DNA of 64,000 nucleotides from Alphaproteobacteria bacterium (GTDB lineage Bacteria > Pseudomonadota > Alphaproteobacteria > MPNO01), in contig OZ219866.1 of assembly GCA_964291675.2 (NCBI GenBank), positions 1,504,001-1,568,000 on the forward strand, read 5' to 3'. The position numbers and the translations under genes are program-made. Below, in pieces: positions 17,357 through 26,504 of the stretch. Each line of letters starts with the position of its first letter. Positions within the stretch are counted from its first letter, which is position 1. The notes under the pieces were generated by a model. It was given only the letters and a program-made list of their open reading frames with translations. It was not told the DNA's origin and searched no databases.

Positions 17357-19051
17357 TCAAACCCTCCGTCTGTCGTACTGGCTCTTGCGGCCGGTGCCGT
17401 AGAGCTTGAGCGCGCCGTGCTCGCCGGCGGCGTTGGGCCGTTGGAAGATCCAGTTCTGCCACGCGCTCAGCCGCCCGAAGATCTTGGTCTCCAGGGTCTC
17501 GGGACCGGCGAAGCGGAGGCTCGCCTCCATGCCGGTCAGCGCATCGGGCGAGAAGCTCGCGCGCTCCTCGATGGCGATGCGGATCTCGTCCTCCCAGTCG
17601 ATGTCGTCGGGGATGAAGGTCACCAGCCCGAGCGCCTCGGCATCCCCGGCCTCCAGTGGCTCGCCGAGGCGCCGTTTCGCCTCGCCCACCCTCGCCGGCG
17701 CGGCGAGGAAGCGGCTCTCCATCCGCGTGAGTCCGCTCGACATCCGGTAGGGGCCGAAATTCATGCCGGTCAGCAGCACCGTCGCGGGCGGCTCGTTGCC
17801 GCCCTCGAAGACGCCGTCGAGCATGTAGGAACGATCGCTCGCGAGGACGAGCTCCATGAGCGTGCCGGCGAAGCAGGTGCCGGGCTCGATCAGCGCGATC
17901 AGGCTGCGCGAGCTCACGTCGATCCGCTTGAGCACGCGCTTGAGATAGAGCGTGGTCTCGCGCACCAGCCAGTCATCGGCATTGTCCAGCAAAGCCCTGT
18001 CGGCCGCGGCGACCGTCGCCGGGTCGCCCGCGGTCCTGAACACCCAGGTGCCGATCTCCTGCTCGTTGAGCCTGAGCTCCATAATCGCGTCGTCGAGCTC
18101 GCGGGCCAGCGCGAGCGGCCAGAACGCCGTGCCGGCGGCGTGGATTTCCGCTGCGGTCGCGGGCGGCGCGGCCGCGGGCGCGCGGATGACGATGGTGGCG
18201 GTCGACCCGGCCCGGTCGAGCTCCACCGTCACGTGGTCGTAGACGATGCGCGCCGCCTCGATGGTCCGCTCCAGCGGGGTGAGCGCGATTCCCTCCGCGT
18301 CTCTGGGACGGTCGGACCGGTCGGCGAATTCCGCGGCGCGTTCGGCCACGACCTCGTCGAAGCGGGCGCCGGGGACCAGCTCGTCGATCAGGTTCCAGTC
18401 GACCGCCCGCCTGCCGCGCATGCCTTCCGAGGTGGTGCAGAAGAAATCGGCGTGGTCGTGGCGCACCTTGCGCTTGTCGACCAGCCGGGTCAGCCCGCCG
18501 GTGCCCGGGAGCACGGCGAGTAGCGGCAGCTCCGGCAGCGAGACCGTGGACGAGCCGTCGTCGATCAGCATGATGTAGTCGCAGGCAAGCGCCAGCTCGT
18601 AGCCGCCGCCCGCCGCGGTGCCGTTGATCGCGCAGATGAAGGTCTGGCGCGAATTCTCGGTCGCGTCCTCGATCCCGTTGCGCGTCTCGTTGGTGAACTT
18701 GCAGAAATTGACCTTGTGGGCGTGCGAGGACTGGCCGAGCATGTTGATGTTGGCGCCGGCGCAGAACACCCTGGGCTTGTCGGAGGTGACGACGACGCAG
18801 CCCACCTCGGGGTGCTCGAAACGCAGGCGCTGGATCGCGTCGTAGAGCTCGATGTCGACGCCGAGGTCGTAGGAGTTGAGCTTGAGCGCATAGCCCGGCG
18901 CGAGGGTCGCGCTCTCGTCGACATCCATCGCCAGCCTGGCGACATTGCCCTCGATGCTCAGCCTCCAGTGCCGATAGGCGTCGGGCCGGGTCTGGATGCC
19001 GATCCGCCCGGTCCCTTCCGCCGTCCGGACATCGCCAGCGGTTTCAGCCAT
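17357..19051 (-). CDS. boxC: 2,3-epoxybenzoyl-CoA dihydrolase
   Basis: LKLNSYDLGVDIEL, HKVNFCKFTNETRN, LPGTGGLTR, IFGRLSAWQNWIFQRPNA. Confidence 0.95.
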   Translation of the reverse strand: MAETAGDVRTAEGTGRIGIQTRPDAYRHWRLSIEGNVARLAMDVDESATLAPGYALKLNSYDLGVDIELYDAIQRLRFEHPEVGCVVVTSDKPRVFCAGANINMLGQSSHAHKVNFCKFTNETRNGIEDATENSRQTFICAINGTAAGGGYELALACDYIMLIDDGSSTVSLPELPLLAVLPGTGGLTRLVDKRKVRHDHADFFCTTSEGMRGRRAVDWNLIDELVPGARFDEVVAERAAEFADRSDRPRDAEGIALTPLERTIEAARIVYDHVTVELDRAGSTATIVIRAPAAAPPATAAEIHAAGTAFWPLALARELDDAIMELRLNEQEIGTWVFRTAGDPATVAAADRALLDNADDWLVRETTLYLKRVLKRIDVSSRSLIALIEPGTCFAGTLMELVLASDRSYMLDGVFEGGNEPPATVLLTGMNFGPYRMSSGLTRMESRFLAAPARVGEAKRRLGEPLEAGDAEALGLVTFIPDDIDWEDEIRIAIEERASFSPDALTGMEASLRFAGPETLETKIFGRLSAWQNWIFQRPNAAGEHGALKLYGTGRKSQYDRRRV

Positions 19052-19098
19052 TGCCCCCTCCGGATAGAAACGTCGCCGGTTCGCGCTTCCGCGACGAT

Positions 19099-19136
19099 TA
19101 TTTATCGATCAATTGTTTTCTTGTCAACAATTGATC
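19099..19136 (-). promoter_or_regulatory. boxC promoter with an overlapping inverted-repeat operator
   Basis: Minus strand TTGACA(19127-19122)-N17-TAAATA; perfect 11-bp inverted repeat gatcaattgtt-N8-aacaattgatc (19107-19136). Confidence 0.65.
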
Positions 19137-19322
19137 TAGCGACAATCTGCGCGCGGCGGAACCGCGCCCGCGAGCTTAGGGTCTTCGGTATCGAGGTGCC
19201 ACCCTCGGCCCGGCGAAAGCGATCCGGGAGAGTTGCCGAGCGGGTTGCCCGACAGCAAAATTCGACACCGAAAGCAGCAGGATATCAGCCGGTTATCTTG
19301 GAGGCTGCCGCGAGGGCGTGAG

Positions 19323-19892
19323 ATGTTCTGGAGGATGAAGCGCCGCTTGCGGCGCGCTATCGCCCGATCCTGGCGGCTGTCGAAGCTGTGGTACCGTCTC
19401 CACGGGCTGTCGCTCGCCGGCGCGCCGGACGAGAAGATCTGGTATTTCGCCTTCGGCGCCAACATGCATGACGGCGTGTTCCGCGACCGCCGCGGCATGC
19501 GTCCCGACGAATGGCGGGTGGGCCGGATCAAGGGCTACCGGCTGCGCTTCAACCTGGAAGGACGGCCGCGGGGCAGGGCCGCGCCGGCCAACATCGAGCC
19601 CAGCGCAGGCGACGAGGTCTGGGGGGTGGTCTATCGGATCACCAGGCGGGATCTGGTCCGGCTGAGCAGCACCGAAGGCGTGCCCGGAGGCTCTTACCGC
19701 CCGCTATGGCTGGCTGCCGAGGATGCCGATGCACGTCCCATCGAGGCGGTCGCCTATGTCGCCGCGGGAGGGGAAGCCGACGGGCGGCCGTCGCTCCGCT
19801 ACATCACCCTGCTGCGCGAGGGCGCGCGCGCCCACGGCCTGCCCGCCCACTGGATCGACAAGCTCGAACGCGTCCGCCCGGCCGACGCGTAG
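19323..19892 (+). CDS. Gamma-glutamylcyclotransferase/AIG2-like protein
   Basis: WYFAFGANM, GYRLRFN, VWGVVYRI, EG...Y, PSLRYITLLREGA. Confidence 0.8.
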   Translation: MFWRMKRRLRRAIARSWRLSKLWYRLHGLSLAGAPDEKIWYFAFGANMHDGVFRDRRGMRPDEWRVGRIKGYRLRFNLEGRPRGRAAPANIEPSAGDEVWGVVYRITRRDLVRLSSTEGVPGGSYRPLWLAAEDADARPIEAVAYVAAGGEADGRPSLRYITLLREGARAHGLPAHWIDKLERVRPADA

Positions 19893-19932
19893 CGCCGCCG
19901 GGTACGCCCTTTACCGGAAGGAGTTGCGACCC

Positions 19933-20202
19933 CAGCCCGGAATTCCCGCCACTGTCATGGCCTGCGCGGCGCTGTCCGGCCGACAGGGCAGGAGAGGCGC
20001 GCGGCGCGATGCGGGGACATCGGGCAAGCGCCTCGACGCACCCTGTCGGCCGGACGGCGCCGCCCGAAGGGTCGCGCCCGGGCGCCCGCCCGCTGCGTCG
20101 CGGTCCTCGACCGTAGTTCCTGCTACGCCCTTCGGCCCGCTCCTGGCGGGACGAACGCCCGGGCGCGACGCAGGCCGTGACAGTGGCGGGAATTCCGGGC
20201 TA
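19933..20202. repeat. 270-bp structured MITE/REPIN-like element, copy 2
   Basis: Same length as 3109-3378 and near-identical to it; terminal inverted repeat agcccggaattcccgccactgtca / tgacagtggcgggaattccgggct. Confidence 0.9.
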
Positions 20203-20245
20203 GGCTGGCGCCGCGAAATCGCGTCAAGAGGTTCACCCCGGGACC

Positions 20246-21814
20246 ATGTCGCAACCGGCTCCACGTCCCGCGCCGGCTTCGGCGCGGCCGAGGGAACATG
20301 CGCTTCTCGCCTGGCTCGAGGAGGCCGCTTCGCGGCTTCCCGACAAGACCTTCGTGCACGCCATCGACCGGGGACAGGCGATCTCGTTTGCCCGGATGCA
20401 CGACATGGCGGGGCGGGTCGGCGCCGCGCTCCGGGCGCGCGGGATCGGCGCCAACGACCGGGTGGCGCTGCTGTCGGGCAATTCGCTCGAACACTTGATC
20501 GTCTATCTCGGCACGATGTGCCACGGCGCGACGATCTGCACGGTGCAGGTCGATATGAACCGGGCCCATCTGGACGAGATCCTGCGCGCCCTCGACCCCG
20601 CGCTGACCCTCCACGAGGACGCGCTCGGGCTCGACGCGCCGGCCGCGTCCGCGCCCGGCGAGTGGCAGGCGCTCGGGCGGTGGGATGGCGGGAACGGCTT
20701 TCTTGCCGAGCTCGCGCGGACGCCCGGCGTGCAAGAGACTCCGCTCAACGCCTATGGCGACGTGGCCTCGATCTTCTACACCTCCGGCACCGCCTCCAAG
20801 CCCAAGGGCGTGGTCTGCACCTTCGCCGAGCTGCTGGAGAATGTCGCGCCCACGGCGGACGCCTTTGGAATCGGGGAAGAGGACCGGGTGCTCGACTTTC
20901 GCTCCTATAACTGGATGTCGGCGCAGGTGCTGAGCTTCCTCGGCCCGCTGTTGCGCGGCGCCACGCTGTACATGGCGCGCAGGTTCTCGCAGAGCCGCTA
21001 TTTCGACTGGATCCGCGATTTCGACATCACCATCGCCGCCTGCAACCCGACCGCGATCAACATGCTGGTCAACCGGCCGATCGCCATCTCCGGCGCCGAC
21101 CTGCCGCATCTCCGCTACATCACCTCGAGCTCGGCCCCGCTGATGGTGGCCGACTGGAAGGCGTTCGAGGAGATGTACGGAATCCGCATCGCCCAGGGCT
21201 GCGGCACCAGCGAGACCGGCTGGATCGCCGGCTCCAACGAGCGCACCAGGCGGATGGGCTCGGTCGGCCGGCCGCACGCCTACCAGAACCTCGCCATCGT
21301 GGACGAGGCGGGGAATGCGCTGCCGGCGGGCGAGATCGGCGCCATCGAGATGGGCCGCCACCCGGACAACGAGTTCCGCTACCTCGCCGAGGACGGGAGC
21401 TACCGGGTCAATTCGCGGGGCCGCGCGCGGACCGGCGATCTCGGCTATCTCGACGCCGACGGCTATCTCTACATCACCGGGCGGGCCAGGGACCTGATCA
21501 TCCGGGGCGGCATCAACATCGCGCCGACCGAGATCGACAACCTGGTGCTGCAGATGCAGGGGGTCGCGGAGGCGGCGACCGTTGGCGTCCCCGATCCGAT
21601 CTACGGCGAGGAGGTCGTGGTCTATGTGGTGCCGAAGCCCGGCGCGAGTCTCGACGAGGCGGCGGTGCTCGCCCATTGCGAGGCGGCGCTGCCGCTCGCC
21701 AAGCGGCCGAAGCGGGCGATCTTCCGCGACGCGCTCCCCAAGTCGGAGCGTGGCAAGATGGACCGCCAGGCGCTGGTCGCCCAGTGGCGCGAGTCACATC
21801 GGGCGCAGGCGTGA
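20246..21814 (+). CDS. AMP-binding (class I adenylate-forming) acyl-CoA ligase
   Basis: YTSGTASKPKG, GTSE, TGDLG, GRARDLIIRGGINIAPTEID, LPKSERGK. Confidence 0.9.
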   Translation: MSQPAPRPAPASARPREHALLAWLEEAASRLPDKTFVHAIDRGQAISFARMHDMAGRVGAALRARGIGANDRVALLSGNSLEHLIVYLGTMCHGATICTVQVDMNRAHLDEILRALDPALTLHEDALGLDAPAASAPGEWQALGRWDGGNGFLAELARTPGVQETPLNAYGDVASIFYTSGTASKPKGVVCTFAELLENVAPTADAFGIGEEDRVLDFRSYNWMSAQVLSFLGPLLRGATLYMARRFSQSRYFDWIRDFDITIAACNPTAINMLVNRPIAISGADLPHLRYITSSSAPLMVADWKAFEEMYGIRIAQGCGTSETGWIAGSNERTRRMGSVGRPHAYQNLAIVDEAGNALPAGEIGAIEMGRHPDNEFRYLAEDGSYRVNSRGRARTGDLGYLDADGYLYITGRARDLIIRGGINIAPTEIDNLVLQMQGVAEAATVGVPDPIYGEEVVVYVVPKPGASLDEAAVLAHCEAALPLAKRPKRAIFRDALPKSERGKMDRQALVAQWRESHRAQA

Positions 21815-21825
21815 GGAGAGATCCC

Positions 21826-22263
21826 ATGGAGCGAAGCCGGACCGCCGGGCGGGGCAAGCCCCGCCCGCCCCAGACCTTCCGCTACGAGAAGCCGGCGGCG
21901 CAGTCGGGCGCCAAGGCGATCGTCTCGCTGTGCCAGACCGACATCATCCGCGGCGCCGTGCAGGTGGTGCGCGAGGGCGGCGACAACAACCTCCATTCGC
22001 ACACCGGGATGGACGGGTTCTGGATGGTGCTCAGGGGACGCGTGCGCTGGCACGGCCCGGACGGCGTGATCGGCGAGTTCGGCGTCCATGAGGGCATCGT
22101 CATGCCGCGCAACGCGCAATACTGGTTCGAGTCGGTCGGCGCCGACACCTTGGAACTGCTCCAGGTCGTCGCCTTCGACCGCGGCGTCCGCAACGAGCGC
22201 GTCGATGTCGAGCCGCGCAAGCTCGATGTCGACGCCACCGAGAGGTTCGACGGTCGGACCTAG
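21826..22263 (+). CDS. Cupin domain protein
   Basis: NNLHSHTGMDGFWMVLRG; gaggag RBS. Confidence 0.75.
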   Translation: MERSRTAGRGKPRPPQTFRYEKPAAQSGAKAIVSLCQTDIIRGAVQVVREGGDNNLHSHTGMDGFWMVLRGRVRWHGPDGVIGEFGVHEGIVMPRNAQYWFESVGADTLELLQVVAFDRGVRNERVDVEPRKLDVDATERFDGRT

Positions 22264-22295
22264 CTTTCCCACCGCCCCACAGTCAGGACACGCAC

Positions 22296-23900
22296 ATGGC
22301 CAAGCGCCCCAACTTCCTTCTCGTCATCACCGACCAGCAGCGGGCGGACTACCTCGCCTGCGCCGGCCATCCGGTGCTGAGCACGCCCAACATCGATTCG
22401 ATCGCCGGGGGCGGGCGGCGCTTCGACCGGTTCTACGTCGCCACCCCGGTCTGCATGCCCAACCGCGCGACCCTGATGACCGGGCGCATGCCCTCGCTGC
22501 ACGGGGTGCGCTCGAACGGCACCGCGCTCACGCTGCGCGCCAACACCTTCGTCGATCTGATGCGCACCCACGGCTACCGGACGGCGCTGCTGGGCAAGAG
22601 CCATTTGCAGAACATGACCGGCATGCCGGCGATCCTCGAACGCGCCGACCCGCCGGAGGGCCATCTGGCGCCGCCCGAGGGGTTCGCGGAGGCGATGCGC
22701 CGCAGCGGCGAGGACGGGCCCGTCGATGCCGAGTCGCCGCAGGGCTGGCGCGACGATCCGGACTGGGACCTGCACTACCCGTTCTACGGCTTCGAGCGCG
22801 TCGACCTCTGCACCGAGCATGGCGACAAGGTGGGCGGGCATTACTGGCAGTGGCTGAAGCAGCGCCACGCCGACCCGGCAAGCCTGCGCGGGCCGAAGAA
22901 CGCGCTGCCGCACGACTACGCCATGCCGCAGGCCTGGCGCACCGCGGTGCCGGAGGAGCTCTACCCGACGACCTACGTTGCCGAATGCACGGTCGATTTC
23001 CTCGAATCCCACGCGCAGAACGGTGGCGATGCGCCGTTCTTCGCCATGGCCTCCTTCCCCGACCCGCACCACCCCTTCACCCCGCCCGGCAAGTACTGGG
23101 GGATGTACGACCCCGACGACATGACCCTCGATGCCTCGTTCGCCGCCAACCGCGAGCCGCCGCCGCATGTCCGCTGGGCGCGCGAGAAGCGCGAGGCGGG
23201 CGAGGCGGTGACCGACAGCCAGTCGCTGTTCGCGGTCTCCGAGCGCGAGGCCAGGGAGGCCTGCGCGCTCACCTGCGGGATGATCGCGATGATCGACGAC
23301 GCGGTGGGCGAGATCCTGGCGGCGCTGGACCGCCTCGGCCTCGCCGACGACACGGTGGTGATCTTCACCGCCGACCACGGCGACTATCTCGGCGATCACC
23401 GGATCATGCTCAAGGGGCCGGTCCACTACCAGAGCCTGATCCGGGTGCCGTTCCTGTGGAAGGACACCGCCGACCGCGCCGCGCCGGCCGGCACCTCGGC
23501 GACGCTTTCGGGCACGCTCGACATCGCCCGCACCGTGCTCGATCGCGCCCGCATCGCCCCCTATAACGGCATCCAGGGCAGGTCGCTGATGCCGCTGGTC
23601 GACGGCGCGCCGGACGACCGGGACGCCGACGTGGTGATCGAGGACGACCAGCAGCGCACCATCCTCGGCTTCGACTCCCCGCCCCGCGTGCGCACGCTGG
23701 TGACGCGGCGCTGGCGCATGACGCTCTATGACGGGGTCGGCTGGGGCGAGCTCTACGACCTCGAGAACGACCCCTCCGAGCTGGTCAATCTGTGGGACGA
23801 CCCGGCGGCGAGCGCGGGCCGGGCCGAATGCATGGAACGCCTCGCGCGGCGCCAGATGGACCTGGTCGACCGCAGCCCGCTGCCGACGAACAGGGCGTAG
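22296..23900 (+). CDS. Cytoplasmic Cys-type sulfatase
   Basis: PNFLLVITDQQR, CMPNR (CxPxR), GKSH, DPHHP, TADHG, ELYDLENDPSE. Confidence 0.92.
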   Translation: MAKRPNFLLVITDQQRADYLACAGHPVLSTPNIDSIAGGGRRFDRFYVATPVCMPNRATLMTGRMPSLHGVRSNGTALTLRANTFVDLMRTHGYRTALLGKSHLQNMTGMPAILERADPPEGHLAPPEGFAEAMRRSGEDGPVDAESPQGWRDDPDWDLHYPFYGFERVDLCTEHGDKVGGHYWQWLKQRHADPASLRGPKNALPHDYAMPQAWRTAVPEELYPTTYVAECTVDFLESHAQNGGDAPFFAMASFPDPHHPFTPPGKYWGMYDPDDMTLDASFAANREPPPHVRWAREKREAGEAVTDSQSLFAVSEREAREACALTCGMIAMIDDAVGEILAALDRLGLADDTVVIFTADHGDYLGDHRIMLKGPVHYQSLIRVPFLWKDTADRAAPAGTSATLSGTLDIARTVLDRARIAPYNGIQGRSLMPLVDGAPDDRDADVVIEDDQQRTILGFDSPPRVRTLVTRRWRMTLYDGVGWGELYDLENDPSELVNLWDDPAASAGRAECMERLARRQMDLVDRSPLPTNRA

Positions 23901-24012
23901 CGGACGAAATCCGGCGGCGGAGCCGGCGGCCCGCTCTCGTCAGCCTGGCGGAGTTCGGGGCCGGGCCAAAGCCTTCCTGAAGACCGACCCGGAACCGGAG
24001 GAGAGAGCTGCG

Positions 24013-26340
24013 ATGACCATGGTGCGGATCGGCGATGCCGTCAGGCGGGGCGAGGATTTCCGGCTGCTCAGGGGGCGGGGGCGCTATCTCGACGACGTCG
24101 CGGCGCCCGGCCAGGCCCGCGCCTTCGTCCTGCGCTCGCCGCACGCGCATGCCGACATCCGCTCCATCGACAGCGGCGCGGCGCGCGCGGCGCCCGGCGT
24201 GCTCGCCATCCTGACCGGGGACGATCTCGCGGAGCGCGGGCTCGGCACGGTTCGGGCGGTGCTGCCGACAAGGCGCGCCGACGGCTCGCCGGGCTTCAAG
24301 ACGCCGCAGCCGCTGCTCGCCCAGGGGCGCGCCCGCATGGCCGGCCAGGCGGTCGCCTTCATCGTCGCCGAGACCGTGGATGCGGCCAAGGACGCCGCCG
24401 AGCTGATCGACGTCGACTACGCGCCGCTGCCCGCGCTGGCGACGGCGGACGATGCGCTCGCCCCCGGCGCCCCGGCGGTCTGGGACGACAACCCCGGCAA
24501 CGAGGCCTTTACCCACGAGGTCGGCGATGCGGCGGCGACAGCGGACGGGTTCGCGAAGGCGGCTCACGTCGTGCGCCACCGGGTCTGCGTCAACCGGGTG
24601 ACCGGGAACCCGATGGAGCCGCGCGGCTGCCTCGCCCAATATGACGCGTACGAGGAGCGCTACACCATCCGCGCCACCATCCAGTCGGCGCACGGCATCC
24701 GCGCCATCCTGGCGGAGCAGATATTCGGGCTGCCGCAGGGAAGGTTCCGCGTGGTCTGCGACAACATGGGCGGCGGCTTCGGGACCCGCGGCGGCTGCCT
24801 GCCGGAATACGCGCTCGCGCTCTGGGCGTCGGAGGTCGTCGGCCGGCCGGTGAAATGGGTGGCCGAGCGCTCCGAATGCCTGCTGACCGACGAGCAGGCG
24901 CGCGGCGGCTTCGTCGACGCCGAGCTCGCGCTCGATTCCGAATATCGGTTCCTCGCGCTGCGCACCCACACCAGGGTGCCGATCGGCGCCTACTACACGT
25001 CGGACCGCAATTTCGGCTCCACGGTCACCGGGCTCGGCGGGCTCGCCGGGGTGTACCGCACGCCGGCGATCCACGCCAGGGTGACCGGCGCCTTCACCAA
25101 CACCATGACCAACGCCCAGTATCGCGGCGGCGCCAAGCCCGAGCCCTGCCACGTCATCGAGGTGATGGTCGACGTCGCCGCGCGCGAGCTCGGCGTCGAC
25201 CCGGCCGAGCTGCGGTCGATCAACACGCTCTCGCCGGACGAGCTGCCGCACCGGACGTGCCTCGGCGCGGTCTACGATTGCGGCGAGTTTCCCGCCAACC
25301 AGGCGCGCGCGCTGGAGACCGGAGGCTACGGGGATTTCGCGACCCGACGGGCGGAAGCGCTGGAGAAGGGCAAGCTGCTCGGCATCGGCATGTCGCAGAC
25401 CATCTCCGGCGTCGCCATGACCAACTACGAGCATGCCGAGATCCGCTTCGACTCGGGCGGCGGCATCACGCTGCTCACCGGCGCGATGGATCACGGCCAG
25501 GGCCACGGCACCACCTTCCGCCAGATCCTGGCCGACCGGCTGGGCATCGACATGGACGATATCCGCTACCGCTACGGCGATACCGACGCGGTCACCGCCG
25601 GGGTCGGCACCTTCAACGCCCGCTGCGCCGCGCTCGCCGGCTCCGCGGTCGTCGAGGCGGCGGACAAGATCGTCGACAAGGGCAGGCGCATCGCCGCCCA
25701 TATGCTGGAGGCCGCGGAGGCCGACATCGAGCTTTCCGCCGGAAGGTTCGGCATCGCCGGCACCGACCGGTCGGTCGGCCTCGCCGAAATCGCGCGAACC
25801 GCGTTCCAGAAACCCAGACTGCCCCCCGACATCGAGCCCGGGCTCTACGAGCGGGGCGATTTCGGCAGCGACGACGGGCCGGTCTATCCCAACGGGTTCC
25901 ATCTCGCCGAGGTCGAGATCGACCGCGAGACCGGGCGGGTCCGGCTGGTGCGCTACAGCTGCGTCGACGATGCCGGCACCGTGCTCAACCCGATCCTGTT
26001 CGACGCCCAGGTGCATGGCGGAATCGTCCAGGGCGCCGGTCAGATCCTGATGGAGGACGTGGCCTACGACCGCGACGGCCAGCTTCTGTCGGGCTCCTTC
26101 ATGGACTACGCGATGCCGAGGGCGGACGATTTCTGCCATTTCGAGCTCGCCGCCAACGAGGTGCCGACCGCGCGCAACCCGCTCGGCGTCAAGGGGGTTG
26201 GCGAGGCCGGAACCGTCGGCGCGATGCCGTCGATCATGAACGCCGTCAACGACGCGCTGCACCGCATCGGCGCGCCGCCGGTCGAAATGCCGGCGACGGC
26301 GGAGAAGGTCTGGCGGGCGATGCGCCGGGCGGGCGGCTAG
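24013..26340 (+). CDS. Xanthine dehydrogenase/CoxL-family molybdopterin-binding subunit
   Basis: RSPHAHA, MEPRG, GGGFG, YRGGAKPE, GQGHGT, QVHGGIVQG, KGVGEAG. Confidence 0.9.
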   Translation: MTMVRIGDAVRRGEDFRLLRGRGRYLDDVAAPGQARAFVLRSPHAHADIRSIDSGAARAAPGVLAILTGDDLAERGLGTVRAVLPTRRADGSPGFKTPQPLLAQGRARMAGQAVAFIVAETVDAAKDAAELIDVDYAPLPALATADDALAPGAPAVWDDNPGNEAFTHEVGDAAATADGFAKAAHVVRHRVCVNRVTGNPMEPRGCLAQYDAYEERYTIRATIQSAHGIRAILAEQIFGLPQGRFRVVCDNMGGGFGTRGGCLPEYALALWASEVVGRPVKWVAERSECLLTDEQARGGFVDAELALDSEYRFLALRTHTRVPIGAYYTSDRNFGSTVTGLGGLAGVYRTPAIHARVTGAFTNTMTNAQYRGGAKPEPCHVIEVMVDVAARELGVDPAELRSINTLSPDELPHRTCLGAVYDCGEFPANQARALETGGYGDFATRRAEALEKGKLLGIGMSQTISGVAMTNYEHAEIRFDSGGGITLLTGAMDHGQGHGTTFRQILADRLGIDMDDIRYRYGDTDAVTAGVGTFNARCAALAGSAVVEAADKIVDKGRRIAAHMLEAAEADIELSAGRFGIAGTDRSVGLAEIARTAFQKPRLPPDIEPGLYERGDFGSDDGPVYPNGFHLAEVEIDRETGRVRLVRYSCVDDAGTVLNPILFDAQVHGGIVQGAGQILMEDVAYDRDGQLLSGSFMDYAMPRADDFCHFELAANEVPTARNPLGVKGVGEAGTVGAMPSIMNAVNDALHRIGAPPVEMPATAEKVWRAMRRAGG
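26225..26338 (+). repeat. 114-bp direct repeat, left copy (3' end of the Mo-hydroxylase gene)
   Basis: Matches 27207-27320 with one mismatch (26233 a versus 27215 g). Confidence 0.95.
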
Positions 26341-26418
26341 GGCGTATCGGAGGACGCCCTCGAACGCCAATGCAGAAGGGGAATGGTGGCTCAATAAGGT
26401 CGAAAATACTTGCTTCGA

Positions 26419-26482
26419 TATAGTCCGTACAAAAGCGAACCCCGGGCGCATGCGAGACGCAGAGGCGGACCCGGGGGGTTAC
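26419..26482 (+). ncRNA. Candidate structured leader or antitoxin RNA upstream of the Abi gene
   Basis: TATAGT at 26419-26424, then stem aaccccggg (26438-26446) / cccggggggtt (26470-26480) ending 24 nt before the ATG. Confidence 0.4.
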
Positions 26483-26504
26483 AGCTTGAACAGTGGTTTG
26501 CTAG

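Noticed and set aside
24013-26340. Aerobic CO dehydrogenase (coxL)
   Set aside because: The active-site loop is AQYRGGAKPE, not the form I AYxCSFR, and no coxS/coxM or accessory cox genes are nearby.
23785-26451. Long antisense and alternate-frame ORFs here and elsewhere (e.g. 8144-10165, 29316-31670, 39140-41872, 58382-60592)
   Set aside because: These are shadow ORFs expected opposite real genes at high GC; they are Arg/Gly/Ala-rich with no motifs.
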